Positions 28,701 through 43,700 of a DNA stretch of 64,000 bases are shown in pieces (position 1 is the stretch's first letter; each line of letters begins with the position of its first letter). Both the position numbers and the translations under genes were made by a program. The DNA comes from Balanoglossus misakiensis. Lineage: Eukaryota; Animalia; Hemichordata. Location: the NCBI GenBank assembly GCA_040954595.2, contig CM082588.2, positions 9,098,844 through 9,162,843 on the forward strand, in the 5' to 3' direction. The notes beneath the pieces were generated by a model. The model was not told where the DNA came from and did no database searches. It saw nothing but the letters and a program-made list of their open reading frames with translations.

Positions 28701-31700
28701 CTATAACCATCTGCAGTGTTGGTACAGGTACCACCATTCAAACAAGGCGACATGTACTCGCATATATCAATAACTGAAATAAACGATGTAAACATAAAAC
28801 TATAATGATCAAATTTTGTCAATATGTTTTTTTTGTAAGAAACTCAACAAATAGGAAAAGAATCTGTAATCAATATATAAGTAAACCCTTCAATTTTTAT
28901 GCCAAATGTACCTACCTATACAGTCATCCAAACTATTGGCACCTTCATGCGTTGTACGCAGTCCTGTTGGACACGGGTTGCATTCTCTGGAACCACTCTC
29001 ATTCTGGTAATAGTGACGGGGACAAAGTACACATGGCTCAAGACCAGTGTTGGAATATGAGCCAACTGTGCATTTTTCTGGAAGTTAAATACAAATTGAA
29101 ATTTTAATATGATGTTGTATCCTGGAAATGATGAAATGAGGCCAAAATAAAAAATATGTGCTTTCCGATTACCCGACCTACCCTAATTATAACCTGCTGA
29201 CCCTAAACTTGTTAGAGCTTCGTAAACCCGGAAGTAAACACAACGATGTTGTCAATCATACAAAATTTATGAAAATAGTGGGAATCACGCAAGAAATATG
29301 ATGTCATTCTTCTACATTATGGTTTTTCTGATGTAAAATGCATAGTGAGAGATAAAAAAATAGCAAAATAAAAAAAATCCCCACCTACCTACCTACCCCA
29401 TTTCTGAAAACCATGTAATCGGAACAGCAAATACTACTTTTTTGGCCTAATAAAGAACTTGGCATTGTAAAATAATCTTCCTACCTTTGCAACTCTCTAC
29501 TGCAACTGCTACCCCGTGTGTTGATGTGTCATTTGGGCACAGATGACAATCACTAGAACCATAATCTGGTTGATAAGATCCTTGCAGACATTGCGTACAT
29601 GGAGCTTTACCATCATCTGAGTAATAGCCTGGTTTACACAACTCTAAAAGTTAAAAAAAAGTTCACAATTTGACCTTAAACACTATATATTCATAAACTG
29701 CATGTACTATTTAGTTTTGAATCATCACGTCATAAAATGTGCGATCTGTTAAATTTAAAGTATTGTCATTTCATGTAATCGCTGGTTTTTTGTTCAAATC
29801 TATTTTGTACGTGTTATCAATACTGTATGTGGAATAAAATATATGAGTCTGTCAGTCACTGTGCTAGCTCATGACGTACATTGTGAATTTAATCAGAGAT
29901 GATGTGGTGTTGTAATAGACTACTTCTCTTACCAATACAGTCATCTTGACTCTTGCTGTGTTTATCGTGTGTACTATAACCTGGTGGACAGGTAATGCAT
30001 GATGTTTGACCAGTGGCATCTTGATAAGATCCAACAGGACAGCTAGCACATCCATCTCCTGTTTCATAGGTTCCAGCTGTACATGTCACTATGATGTAAC
30101 AGTTAAAAAGACGAAGATGTTAAAGTGGAGCGGTCGTCGCGCCACATTTGTTTGTTTATAAACATTTCAATTCATCCACAAATCCCTGAATTGAGATAAT
30201 TCTTAGAATGAACGAAGCAGCCAACCGTAGCGGTGACTGGGCATGACAGCAACTGAAGATCCTAGTAGGTCGTGGCGACTGCAGTGAGGTTTGTGCTGGT
30301 ATGGGAGGACATATTCTCATCAAGGGGGACACCCAAGCGGCGAGGTATATTGGATAGATGAATACTTACAACAATAACAGTCACTAAGAATCTTTCCAGA
30401 TGGACAGCAACATCCTGAGAACTCATTAGTTGGGGCTCCTGACAGATTCAATTCTGGACAAGCACCATTTGCCTCGATTTTGATGAGACTGTTGAATTGA
30501 CTGAACTGAGTTGTAATTGCACTCATTATACTATCACCACAGGTTTGGAGATCTAAACTTGTTATGTTGTCTGTCTTTGCAAGTAATTTCATGGCAACTG
30601 TTGCATTCACCTGCCAGGATGAAAAACACCAAATAGAAAGTTAGGTTTAATGGCTTAAAAGGACACAATAGCTGTAACTTTTGGTTTTATTTTTGCACAA
30701 TGCTGACCATTCACTTATATGTTGTGTTGATAAGCCAAATGCTCAACTTTTCATGATTCTTCAGGTATTTGAACAAGAAACTGCAGTAGATACACAAAAC
30801 AAACATACTGAAAACATAGCAAAAAGATACAGCAAATGTAGCTTTTAAAGGGATCATGTAAAACTGTAAAATTTTCCAGCAGGACAGAATAATACCTGAT
30901 TGGCGTCTACTATGGCCATTGTTGTATAGTCACTTTGAACTTCAACACTGTCTTCAATCGAGTTACACAGGACCGACAACAGTGGTTCAACAGACTGCAC
31001 AATTCCAAGCAGACTCGACTCGTAATATGAGATACATTGGTTGGTATCACTTGGAATGGTTATCACAGAGTTGTATACACCTCCCACAGTCAAGCAATAA
31101 TCTGGAACTTCCTTCTCTGTGGAAAGATCAATATGGAAGAGAATTTAACTTCAGGCCAACTAGTTGAATTGTCAATCGTCAATCCAGTTTTCGCTTTACT
31201 AAGCTGGTGAAAAAATCCTATTTTTGCTAATCCACTCAAATCTGGACTAGCGCCATCTTCCATGCGGTAATGTAGGTATTGACGGATTATAAAAATGTAG
31301 GTATTGACTGATTATAAAATGATCAGCTTATATAAGGGCACACATAGCAAACTGGAAAACACAAATTCCCTCGCATATCAGCAATATACAAAGAAAATTT
31401 GAACCAACAGTAACACTGAATTAGTTGGTTATTTTGGTTCTTCAAGTTTATTATCTGCATCAGCATTCACATATTATTATGGGGCCTAATGAATATTGAT
31501 ATGATAACAGTTGAATTTCAATTACGCAGAAATAGATCAGTAGAAGCCCATACACACCAACACAGTCGGGTACGTAATTATGCGGTAGCCATGTTCCACC
31601 AATTATGCAGGTGTACATTCCTCCAGGTGAATCAATTTCTTGAATGAAATCATAACCAGCTTGACAGGACAATGCACATGAGAATCCTGAACCCAGTGGT

Positions 31701-34700
31701 CCTCCAATGACACGGGTGCAAGTCTTCTGTCCACCTTCTGGTGTAGGTAGTGACCACTCTGGACATGTATCAGCTGAATAACAAATGAGATGTTAAAAGG
31801 TGAAATGTCTAATGTCTCAAAACAATGCCATATTAACTTCTAAATGTTTAAAGTCTCTAGAGCTGCCACCACTTTTTGCATTATTTTCGAAACTCAACTC
31901 AGTACCAGAAAAACGCTCAAAGCAGCATGCACACAAAAAGTATTATAAAGACAAAAAATCACCACAAACACACAAAAGTATTGAGATTCAAAATTCACCA
32001 AGCGACTAGTGGGCTAGTCTAGCTGAACACTTACGTTGAACAGAAACATCAAATTGACACTGAGCCTGGTTGCCACTGTAATCGGTTGCGGTAACAGTCA
32101 CTGTGATGTAGTTCCTGGTTTCAACTGCAGTTCCATTTGGTGGTTCATATATGACATCACTGATTCCGTGGTTGTCTACAACAGAGACTGCTGGATATGA
32201 CACATTGTGTTCCACTTCATCAACAAGAATTACGTACGTGTCTGGACAGTCTAAAGTTGGTGGCATGGTATCTGCAAGCCAAAAAATATTTCATAAGATA
32301 TGAGACTGTAATCTGCTTAGTTTGTAACGAACAAAAATTAATTGTTGCGTAACAGTTGCCTCCTTTGATATCACAAAAATTTCCTGTCGCAAAAATTTCC
32401 TGTTTTACAGTATGACGAGCTAAAGGCTTGTAAAACATACACACTTCTTACAGAGAGCCCACATCATAAGGCCATATTTTGTGAATACCTCTACAGAATA
32501 CCATCACCTGTGAATGCTGTGGTAATCTACATACGAAGCAGCACAAGTTGATTCAGTGATGTCAACATCCACACAATTGATTTACCAAGCTTTGTAGTTG
32601 CCACAAATGAAAGCAGGGAGACAATGCATGAAATCAAATCAAATCAGAATGAAACACAAACAAACATTAAAAATTCAATTCCAACATTGGTTAATTCTTT
32701 CAAGAACTCAATCTGGTGGATCAATTGTTAATGAACATACCGATACAAACAGGTGCAGTCCCATTCCATTTAGCATTAGTGAGAAATAATGACTGTTCAG
32801 ATACATCCCTTCTTTTCCTCACAACTTCCACGGCAGCTGCTGTTGAAATAAGAAGAATTTTTCTGTAAGTAATACTTCATTCATGCTTGTAACACACCAC
32901 TCATAGCAGGCATTCACCTGATGAGCAATTTCATGGCAACAAAAAAACATATTTCATAGGGTAGAGAGCAGCAAGTAAGCTTACATGCTCTGTATCATTG
33001 TAATCTCTGACTGCGAAATTCAAAGTCAGTATAGATTCCTCTGTACATATTGCATCTGCATGTACTATCTAGAAACAAATATTTAAAACATACACACATA
33101 CATACATACGTACATACATACATACATACATCCATACACACATACATGCAGATGCAACCGATCCCATGAGGTCCCATGGTATATATACATTTAAACCAAA
33201 TAGGACCTAAAAAGGGAGAGAGATATTAGTGCCACTTTAGTGTGAATTAGAATAATGATTTTATACATACTGCATCTGATGTTCTGGAAGAGTTCATATC
33301 CTTCAGGACAACAGAATGTTGCATCATCTTCTTGAATTGGGTTTGCAGAAGATGATAGTTGTGGACAATTGTCTGAACTGTCAATGGCAACCAAAACTGG
33401 AAATACACTTGGATGGTTGGTCAGATAAAAGATTAGTTGAAGACCACATCCCGACAATTCTGCATTGTTGTATCCAGGGCTCGATGGGTCTATGGGTTCA
33501 ATCAGTAAGTTCAGCCCCACATCCATTAAAAGCTGCAGGTAAGATGAAAATAGTCATAAGCATTTCTTCTAAAATATGTTATGCTTAATATGTTATATTA
33601 TTATACATCTGGTACTGAGAACAATAGAATTTAGCATGCACTAAAAAAGCCGTACAGAACGGTACGCATGGAACGTGTGTTAAATACGCCTTCAGTTTCA
33701 AGGCGCCCCAACTCACCATGTGCAGGTATGCACTGTTATGCGGACGGTTTCAATACTTCGTGGTATTTTCGTAATAACCTCATAGTATAAACTACTAGTT
33801 ATTTGCATGAAAATATTTTCGCAAGATCTTTTTTCTTTGCATTTGCAATCTGAAGAGCATGTGAGATAAAATGTTATGAACTGAACAATTTGTTGAGTGT
33901 AATGTTCTAGACTCCAGAAAGAGACTACAAGATTTTCTGCAAGACTGAAAGAGACAGTTAGAGTACCCACCGAATTATCCGATAGCGAGGTGAGACTTAT
34001 GGATAATGCGATATTGATTGTAACCAGACCAGCAAGAGGAACACATGCTCCTGATGGATCTTGAGATAGGAGTTGAGTTAAACCATTAACAAGTTGTGTT
34101 GTTATTTCTGTACCATAGTAGTTGCCACAGGATTGCTGGTCTGTGATTTCGCCACTACCATTATATGACACACTAAGCTGTGCACAGTAGTCAGGAACGT
34201 CACGGTCTGCAAAGTAATTATCGAATAATTATAAATACAGTCCCATACAACTCCAATTCTCTTCAGGCCAATTTGTTCAAAGCATAAATGGGTTCAATTC
34301 TTTGTGCTTTATTCAGATTTCAAATTTAACCGTATTATTACTTCATGGTGTGTATTAAAGATACAAGAAAAAAATCACTTTTTGAAATAAACATTTCTCT
34401 GTTAATTATCAAGTTCTGTTAATTATCGAGAATCCCCTAAAAGTATATATTTTCTGAAAACAAATATAGGAGAACATTTTGGTTACTTCAGTGTGACCAT
34501 TGTTTACACAACTATCATGTGACAAGCAATTTAAATTAACTCCCAAACACAAGTTTTCTGGATATTTTGTGTTAAAGCTTTGAGACATCACTCGGATACG
34601 ACGCGTTATCAACCAAACTAAGTATAATAGCCCCAAAGTAACTCTTACCTGGTAGTTGAGTTGGAGTTGGTAGGGTCGTAGGACCAACTGTTGTGGCTTT

Positions 34701-37700
34701 CGGAGTTGTTGCTGGTTTTGTAGTTGGTTTTGTACTGACATCATGATATACTGTATGAATGAATGAGTACTATATATTACAGACTGAACATGAGTGCCTA
34801 TTTGATAAGAGTGGAAAAGTTATTTGACCAACTATATACAGATCAATTGCACTGAGCATTGTTATTGCCTCATTTGTGACAGATTCTGATTCAAACGATG
34901 ACGATGGTAACTAACAATGTATATACTGTTTAACTGTTTACATTGCAGGGATTATGAAAGCTTTTTTTCAATTGAAATTTTCACTGTACCCGTACATGAA
35001 GTTTCTATCAATAAAGCCAAATTTTCAATGTTTTATTATTCATAGTAACTGTTTACTTTATCATTATAGGAAATAAACCAATATTTCTTTGAAAAAAAAG
35101 TGACGAGTGAATGTGTTTTCTCCTTTCTCCCACCCCTCACCCCCTAAAAATAATGGTGTCATCCAGGAGCTAAAGTCGCGTCGACTACATAAACAAGATC
35201 CATCCTTACTTTGGAGCTCATAATGCTGAAAAGTGTAGAAATTGGTATACATTCACCTTTTGATGTTAACAGATCTGTCGGTGCCTCAGTTGTATGTTTT
35301 CTTGTTATTCTTTGGGAAGTGGCTATATCATCAGTTATCATTTGTGTTTGCCATTCTGTGGTGCCTTCCACCGTTTGCCAATATTCTGTGGTGCCGTCCA
35401 TTTTATTTGTTGTCAAAAGTGTCTCTGGTGTGGTGGCGTCCATTTTGTTTGTTGTCAACAATTTCTCTGGTGTGGTCCATGACTCTGTTGGCATCACATC
35501 ACTTGCATCGTCATACTCTGAAGTCTGGTCTGCAGGAGTAATATCCACAGATTCTGCTGTTGACATCATTTCTGTTTTTGAGATCGGAGCAGATGTTGTC
35601 TTGTATGTACCCTCACTTTCTGTGCTTGACTGCTGATCAGGCTTTTCAGAACTTGCCTCTACTGTTGTCACGACAACAGGCATGGTTACTGTAACCATAG
35701 TAACTGTTGTGGTTGACTTGCTTTTTCCAGTTGTCACAGCCGGTATATTGTCTGTGTCCAACACAATTGTCATTCTGGGCGAAGTTATGGCATATCCATC
35801 AGTTGAGATGCTTTTTTCTGTGCCTTCGGTGTAGGGACTAGTTAAATATTCCAGCGTTGTTTCATCTGTTGATAAAAATGAACATTACAATTTGAATAAT
35901 CTAGAACAAGGAAATCTAATGTTATATGTTCTCCACTAACATGAACAGTATTGAATCAATTTTCCTGGCAGGAGACAATTTCAAGGTATTCTCATCCCGG
36001 TGTGTGATTCAAATGATATTGTGTTATTATTCTATTGCTTTCTTTAATGCAATTGTTTATGAGGATGTTGAGATTTCTTATTCAAAATACAGTAAAATAG
36101 GAAGTGTTCGCGAACGATAAATTTACTGGTGAAAAAAAAGTTGCTTATGGTTTTCAGAGATAACGATGCATTGAAATACCAGAACGAGAAAATTAATCGC
36201 CACGTAACAGTTGCCACATTTGATATCATGAACATTTCCTCTTGCGAAAATTTTGCATAAGAGTGTACCAGATATTGGTGTGCAAAACACAATATCAGAT
36301 ATCACAACTAATTTAACAAATTCAGCTATACTCCATTGAAATCATCAGCAACATTGACCTATGTTATACAGTAAACTAATTACATATTGTATAAAATGAA
36401 ACCATCTTACCTTCAAGCGTACTCTCAATTGTTGTAACTATTCCAAAGTCTGGAAGTGTAGTAACTTCAAGCTCATCATCCTCACAATGTCGAAATTGCT
36501 TGGAGGTGTCAATAATCTCATCAAAATCAAACTCTGTAACCCTGTAGTTAATTTTACCAGACACCGAATAGACCTTGACATTGAGAGGGGCTTGTATATC
36601 ACCAGAACCAATGGGTGGTTCAAATAAGTTATCACTGAGTCTGTCTAGAGTAATCCAGGGACCAGTTGTGTGGACTTCCACAGTGGTGACAGGGTAACGA
36701 TGATCTAATATTAATAAGCTGAATGATGCAGAAATGCTCTCTGCAAACTAAATAAACAAATCAATCAATCAATATGCAGTACACTAAAAAGATGAACGAC
36801 ACAGTCCCTAGTTGGTCCTAATACTTTGAAATTTAGAGCAAGACTTACTGTAAAATGGGTTATTTTCGCGAGCATAAATTTTCGCAAAATACGCAAGATC
36901 CAAAAAAGACGTGAAAATAAATGTCGTGTGAAATGTTTTTCAGATTTAACGATGCAGTTAGTGAAATACAAGAACGCCAAAATTAATCCTCGCGTAACAG
37001 TTGCCTCTTTTGATATTGCGAAAAATTTCCTGGCGTGAAAATTTCCCAGTATTTGCAACAAATCTTTGTCAATGACCTAGTCCCCACTGGATCTTCCCTT
37101 GTCCAAATCAGTTGAGACTGGTTTGATTTCCAGGAGATCTAAACTTCCAGTAAAGAAACAGATGAACACTGTTGACAATTTAAACTTCAATCTTACAAAT
37201 ACTTAAAAAAAATGGCTAGGGAGGTTTCAAACAAGTTTGCCAAGATGTGACAATTAAAGACAAGGGTATATAAATTAGTTAATAATTGTTTTGTTTCACA
37301 AACCTTGAACTTGATGGACACATCTTCAGGACAGGCAACAACTGAGTAGGATACAAGAAGAGATGAAGGACTTTCACCATCTGACAAGATGTTGTAAGCA
37401 TCCTCACTTAGAACCAGACCATCTTCATCAATCATGCAGTATGGGTACATGCACATGTCTGTTACCCGGACAACTACAGATGCATCATTTGAACCAATCA
37501 CGTTCAGGCATTGCCCACAAACCTGCAATCACACATGAAGGTATCAAAATGCATGCATTTCAACAAATCAACAAACTCCTTCTTTAGACAACACTGAAGG
37601 TTTTTGTTTTTTAATACAAGGTGCTATTATGAGTTTTAGCTGAGGAAAATAAAAAAACAGTGCAACACACAAAGACAACAAGAGGAAATAAAATTATTCA

Positions 37701-40700
37701 TAACAAAAATTGTTACAAATCATTATGAGAAATAAGAGACCATCTGGACAGTATTAACATTGGAGCCAATGATGTATACAGACTTTCAGAACTAATGTTA
37801 TCTACACTTACATGTGAATCTTGAAAATTGGCCATACCAGCAACCATACTTGTGTAGAATGTTCCAAATGAACAGGTACCATCAGTTGGTGTCTCACTGT
37901 ACTTCTCACAAGTTGCATTTACAAAAGTCTCAAAGGTACCACAATCTCTACTGACTGCAACAACAACATATGTTAACATATATTCAATCAATATGTAATC
38001 TTGGTTTCAATCAGAATCACACAACCATAAAAAATAATTTATGCACAAAATTGAGGGTGTAATGTTATGTGTCATAAACGATACTGATTTTTGAAAAACA
38101 GGCGTATTTTTCTTCGCCTCCAAGGCTCCATGACTTGTACACTTCTGCTGAATTTCAGCCAAATAGTGTGCATTTGGACAGTTGCTGGCAATTGCAAACA
38201 ATGTACAGGACTTTTTTTAAACGGTCCATATTTGTATCTTTTAGCTATTTTTATTCTGAGTGGCAACCAATAGCTGCCCAAGACGAGTTTACATGCGTAG
38301 TCTTTATACGTAGTATAATTACCTGTTGTTACATCATGAGAAGGTGTCACTGGTTTTGTTGTTGATATTTTAGTTGAAAGTGGTTCCGAAGATTTCGATT
38401 GAAATTCAGTGCGTTCGGTGGTCAGTTCTTGGACACTAGTTGTAGGCAGGGATGTACTTGTATCTACATCTGTTACTATTCTTGTTTTGGATTCTGTTGA
38501 CCTGATTTCATATTCTGTTGTCAAAGACTTTTGTGTGACTGGCTCAGCTGTTGTTGGGTTAGGCTTGATATCAGTAGTTGCTCTTTGAGCACTTGTTACA
38601 TCTGTTGCAGTTGGGCCTATATCAGTTCTTGTTGCTGATTCTGTGGTGTCTTCTTCATCTTCCATCGTTGAAAGTATTGTAGGATTGACGCTTGTTGTTA
38701 ACAGAGTTGCAGTTGTGAAAGTCTCGGATATTGCTGAGCTGACTTCATCCTGATCTGTGACTATAACATGGGTGGTCGAGTGGAGACCAGTTGTGACCTC
38801 TTCAGATGAAACTGTTGTACCACTTGTCACTTCAGTTCTTGTAGACCGACTGGTGAAGGAATCAGTCTCAGGCCCCCGGGTTGTAATGTACCCAGGCAAT
38901 GTTGTTGGACCCTCCTGAGTAGATTGCATCTCGTCTGTTTTGGCAGGAAGGAAACGTGAAGAATGAACGCTTCTGATTTCTCACAAACCATAGAATGTCC
39001 ACTACTTGCATTTAATATACATTCATACCTACATTCATACATACATACATACATACATACATACATGCATGCATGCATGCATCCATCCATCCATACATAC
39101 ATACATACATACATACATACATACATACATACAAACATACTGTAAAACGGGTTATTTTCGCGAGCATTAAATTTTTTGCGAAATATGGGATAGCCAAAAT
39201 ACATGAAAATAATAAGTCACATAAAATATTTTTCAGAAATAACTATCCAGTAAAAATAAGAGATCATGAAAATTAATCCTCGCGTAACATTTGCCTCCAT
39301 TGATATCATGAAAAATTTTGTCACAAAAATAACCCGTTTAACAGTACATACATACAGATAGACAGACAGACTACCTTGATCCCATAAGGTCCCATGGTAT
39401 AGTATATATGTATACTGGTATATACCAAATTGGACCTAAACTATGAAACTGAAACACAATCTTACCTTCAAGCGTACTCTCGATTGTTGTAACTATTCCA
39501 AAGTCTGGAAGTGTAGTAACTTCAAGGTCATCATCCTCACAATGTCGAAATTGCTTGGAGGTGTCAATAATCTCACCAAACTGAAACTCTCTAACCCTGT
39601 AGTTAGTTTTACCAGACACCGAATAGACCTTGACATTGAGAGGGGCATGTATATCACCAGAACCAGTGGGTGGTTCAAATAAATTATCACTGAGTCTGTC
39701 TAGAGTAATCCAGGGACCAGTTGTGTGGACTTCCACAGTGGTGACAGGGTAACGATGATCCAATATTAATAAGCTGAATGATGCAGAAATGCTCTCTGCA
39801 AACTAAATAAACAAATCCATCAATCAATATGTGATACACTCACAAAATGAATGACACATACCAGGTTCACACAGGGAAAAATGTGAGACACTATTCGCCT
39901 ATGATAAACTCAGAGCATTGTGTCCACACACAGAAAGTTTGTGTATATGCGTTGAGGCTCGGCCCCATAGACAATCATGAGTTAAAAATACTGATAACAG
40001 GACGGCTTGTGAGGTTTCAAACAATTTTGCAGTGATGTGACAACTACAAGTGAATATTTACTTTTAAGTAGCAATTTAAGACAAGGGTATCTAAATTGGT
40101 TAATAATTGTGTTGTTTCACAAACCTTGAACTTGATAGAGACATCCTCAGGACAGGCAACAACTGAGTAGGATACAAGAAGAGATGAAGGACTTTCACCA
40201 TCTGACAAGATGTTGTAAGCATCCTCACTTAGAACCAGACCATCTTCATCAATCATGCAGTATGGGTACATGCACATGTCTGTTACCCGGACAACTACAG
40301 ATGCATCATTTGAACCAATCACGTTCAGGCATTGCCCACAAACCTGCAATCACACATGAAGGTATCAAAATGCATGCATTTCAACAAATCAACAAACTCC
40401 TTCTTTAGACAACACTGAAGGTTTTTGTTTTTTAATACAAGGTGCTATTATGAGTTTTAGCTGAGGAAAATAAAAAAACAGTGCAACACACAAAGACAAC
40501 AAGAGGAAATAAAATTATTCATAACAAAAATTGTTACAAATCATTATGAGAAATAAGAGACCATCTGGACAGTATTAACATTGGAGCCAATGATGTATAC
40601 AGACTTTCAGAACTAATGTTATCTACACTTACATCTGAATCTTGAAAATTGGCCATACCAGCAACCATACTTGTGTAAAATGTTCCAAATGAACAGGTAC

Positions 40701-43700
40701 CATCAGTTGGTGTCTCACGGTACTTCTCACAAGTTGCGTTTGCAAAAGTCTCAAAGGTATCACAATCTTTACTGACTGCAAAAACAACAACACCAGTATT
40801 AAGATAAATTTAAGCAATAACCCCCACCGCAGGCGGGTATACACGAGATTTGGGTACAATTCGAGACATATAGCACGAGCCGTCAGGCGAGTGCTATATG
40901 GAGCGAATTGTACCCAAATCGAGTGTATACCCGACTGAGGCGGGGGTTATTGCTATTATATTATATCAACAACTGTTTTTGTGGCATATCAGTGTCATTT
41001 TCTTACCGAAACGGTGTCAGAAAGAGAAATTACGATCGTGAACCAAAATGGCGACGACGAATGTAAACACGCGCGGCCGGGATCGAGCATTAAACATGCA
41101 GCAGACGACAAAAAGTGACAAGACGGGCATCGCGCGTGGCAAAGCGACAAATATATCCACAGAGCAGTTCCAAAATAAAACGTCCGTTAATTCAACAGTA
41201 TTTTTGTTTTATTTATTTGGTTTAAACACGCGCGACTGTGGTTTAACCGCACATTTTTGCTGCCGAATGCTAGTTCAGGGGCCCGTTTTACCACTGCTAG
41301 CCATGGTAAAACAGTATTTTACCATCGCTGGATTCAGCTCTCGTCCAATCAGAATCACGGACGGTAGCATGATATAATATAATATTTATTATATTATACC
41401 AGTATATTGATGGTGTAAATCACGCTATTTGATTGGTCGAGACACGACACGTGACCGTGATATATTAGCCATATACCACAGTAATATATCATGGTCAAAG
41501 AAAATGCCTTTTTAAAATGTTTTATGCAAAGTTTCAATATACTGGCATAATATAATAGCAATAAAACACCCCAGCCATGGTATACCACTCGATTTTGACC
41601 AGTTCAACTCCATATACACACTCGCTATCGCTCGTGCGTATATGTCGTGAACTGGTCAAAATCTCGTGGTATACCATGGCTGGGGGTGTTTTATTGCTTA
41701 AATATTCAATCAATATGTAATCTTGGGTTCAATCAAAATCACACAACCATAAAACTTAATTTATGCACAAAAATTGATGGTTTCATGTTATATGTCATAA
41801 ACGATAATGATTTTTGAAAAACAGGTGTATTTTTCTTCACCGCCATGACTTGTATACTTCTGCTGAATTTCAGCCAAATAGTGTGCATTTGGACAGTTGC
41901 TGGCAATTGCAACCAACGTGTACAAGACCTTTTTCTTTGTGGCAACCATTAGCTGCCCAAGATGAGTTTACATGCGTAGTTTTTACAAGTAGTATAATTA
42001 CCTGTTGTTACATCATGAGAAGGTGTCACTGGTTTTGTTGTTGATATTTTAGTTGTTGAAAGTGGTTCTGAAGATTTTGATTGAAATTCAGTGCGTTCGG
42101 TGGTCAGTTCTTTGACACTAGTTGTAAGCAGGGATGTACTTGTTTTGGATTCTGTTGACCTGATTTCATATTCTGTTCTCAAAGACTTTGTAACATCAGG
42201 TGTGATTGGCTCAGCTGTTGTAGGGTTAGGCTTGATGTCAGTTGTTCCTCTTTGAGCACTTGTTACATCTGTTGCAGTTGGGCCTATATCAGTTCTTGTT
42301 GCTGTTTCTGTGGTTGTGTCTTCTTCATCTTCAACTGTTGAAAGTATGGTTGGATTGACGCTTGTTGTTGACAGAGTTGACGTTGTGAAAGTCTCGGATA
42401 TTGCTGAGCTGACTTCATCCTGATCTGTGACTATAACATGGGTGGTCGAGTGGAGACCAGTTGTGACCTCTTCAGATGAAACTGTTGTACCACTTGTCAC
42501 TTCAGTTCTTGTAGACCGACTGGTGAAGGAATCAGTCTCGGGCCCCCGAGTTGTAATGTACCCAGGCAATGTTGTTGGACCCTCCTGAGTAGATTGCATC
42601 TCATCTGTTTTGGCAGAAAGGAAACACGAAGAAAATAAGCAAATGTGAAAATTAATCCTCGCATAATAACAGTTGCCTCCATTGATATCGCAAAAAAATT
42701 TCCCATCACGAAAATAACCCGTTTTACAGTACATACATACAGACAGACTAAACTGAACCTATAAGGTCCCATGGTATAATGTATACCGGTATACAGTACA
42801 TACATACAGACAGACTAAACTGATCCTATAAGGTCCCATGGTATAATGTATACCGGTATACAGTACATACATACAGACAGACTAAACTGATCCTATAAGG
42901 TCCCATGGTATAATGTATACCGGTATACAGTACATACATACAGACAGACTAAACTGATCCCATAAGGTCCCATGGTATAGTATATATGTATACTGGTATA
43001 TACCAAACAGGACCTAAACTATGAAACTGAAACACAATCTTACCTTCAAGCGTACTCTCGATTGTTGTAACTATTCCAAAGTCTGGAAGTGTAGTAACTT
43101 CAAGCTCATCATCCTCACAATGTTGAAATTGCTTGGAGGTGTCAATAATCCCACCAAACTGAAACTCTCTAACCCTGTAGTTAATTTTACCAGACACCGA
43201 ATAGACCTTGACATTGAGAGGGGCTTGTATATCACCAGAACCAATGGGTGGTTCAAATAAGTTATCACTGAGTCTGTCTAGAGCAATCCAGGGACCAGTT
43301 GTGTGGACTTCCACAGTGGTGACAGGGTAACGATGATCCAATATTAATAAGCTGAATGATGCAGAAATGCTCTCTGCAAACTAAATAAACAAATCAATCA
43401 ATCAAAATATGGTACACTCAAAAAATGAATGACAGTCCCTAGTCGGTCATAATATTTTGAAATTAGAGCAACAAATTATTGTCAATGTCCTAGTCCCCAC
43501 TGGATCTGCCCTAGTCCAAATCAGTTGAGACTGGTTTGATTTCCAAGAGATCTAAACTTCCAGTAAAGAAACAGATGGACCACTCCTGACAATTTTAACT
43601 TCAATCTTACAAATACTATTTAAAATGTGGCTAGTGAGGTTTCAAACAATTTTGCAGTGATGTGACAACTACAGGAAATATTTACTTTTAAGTAGCAATT

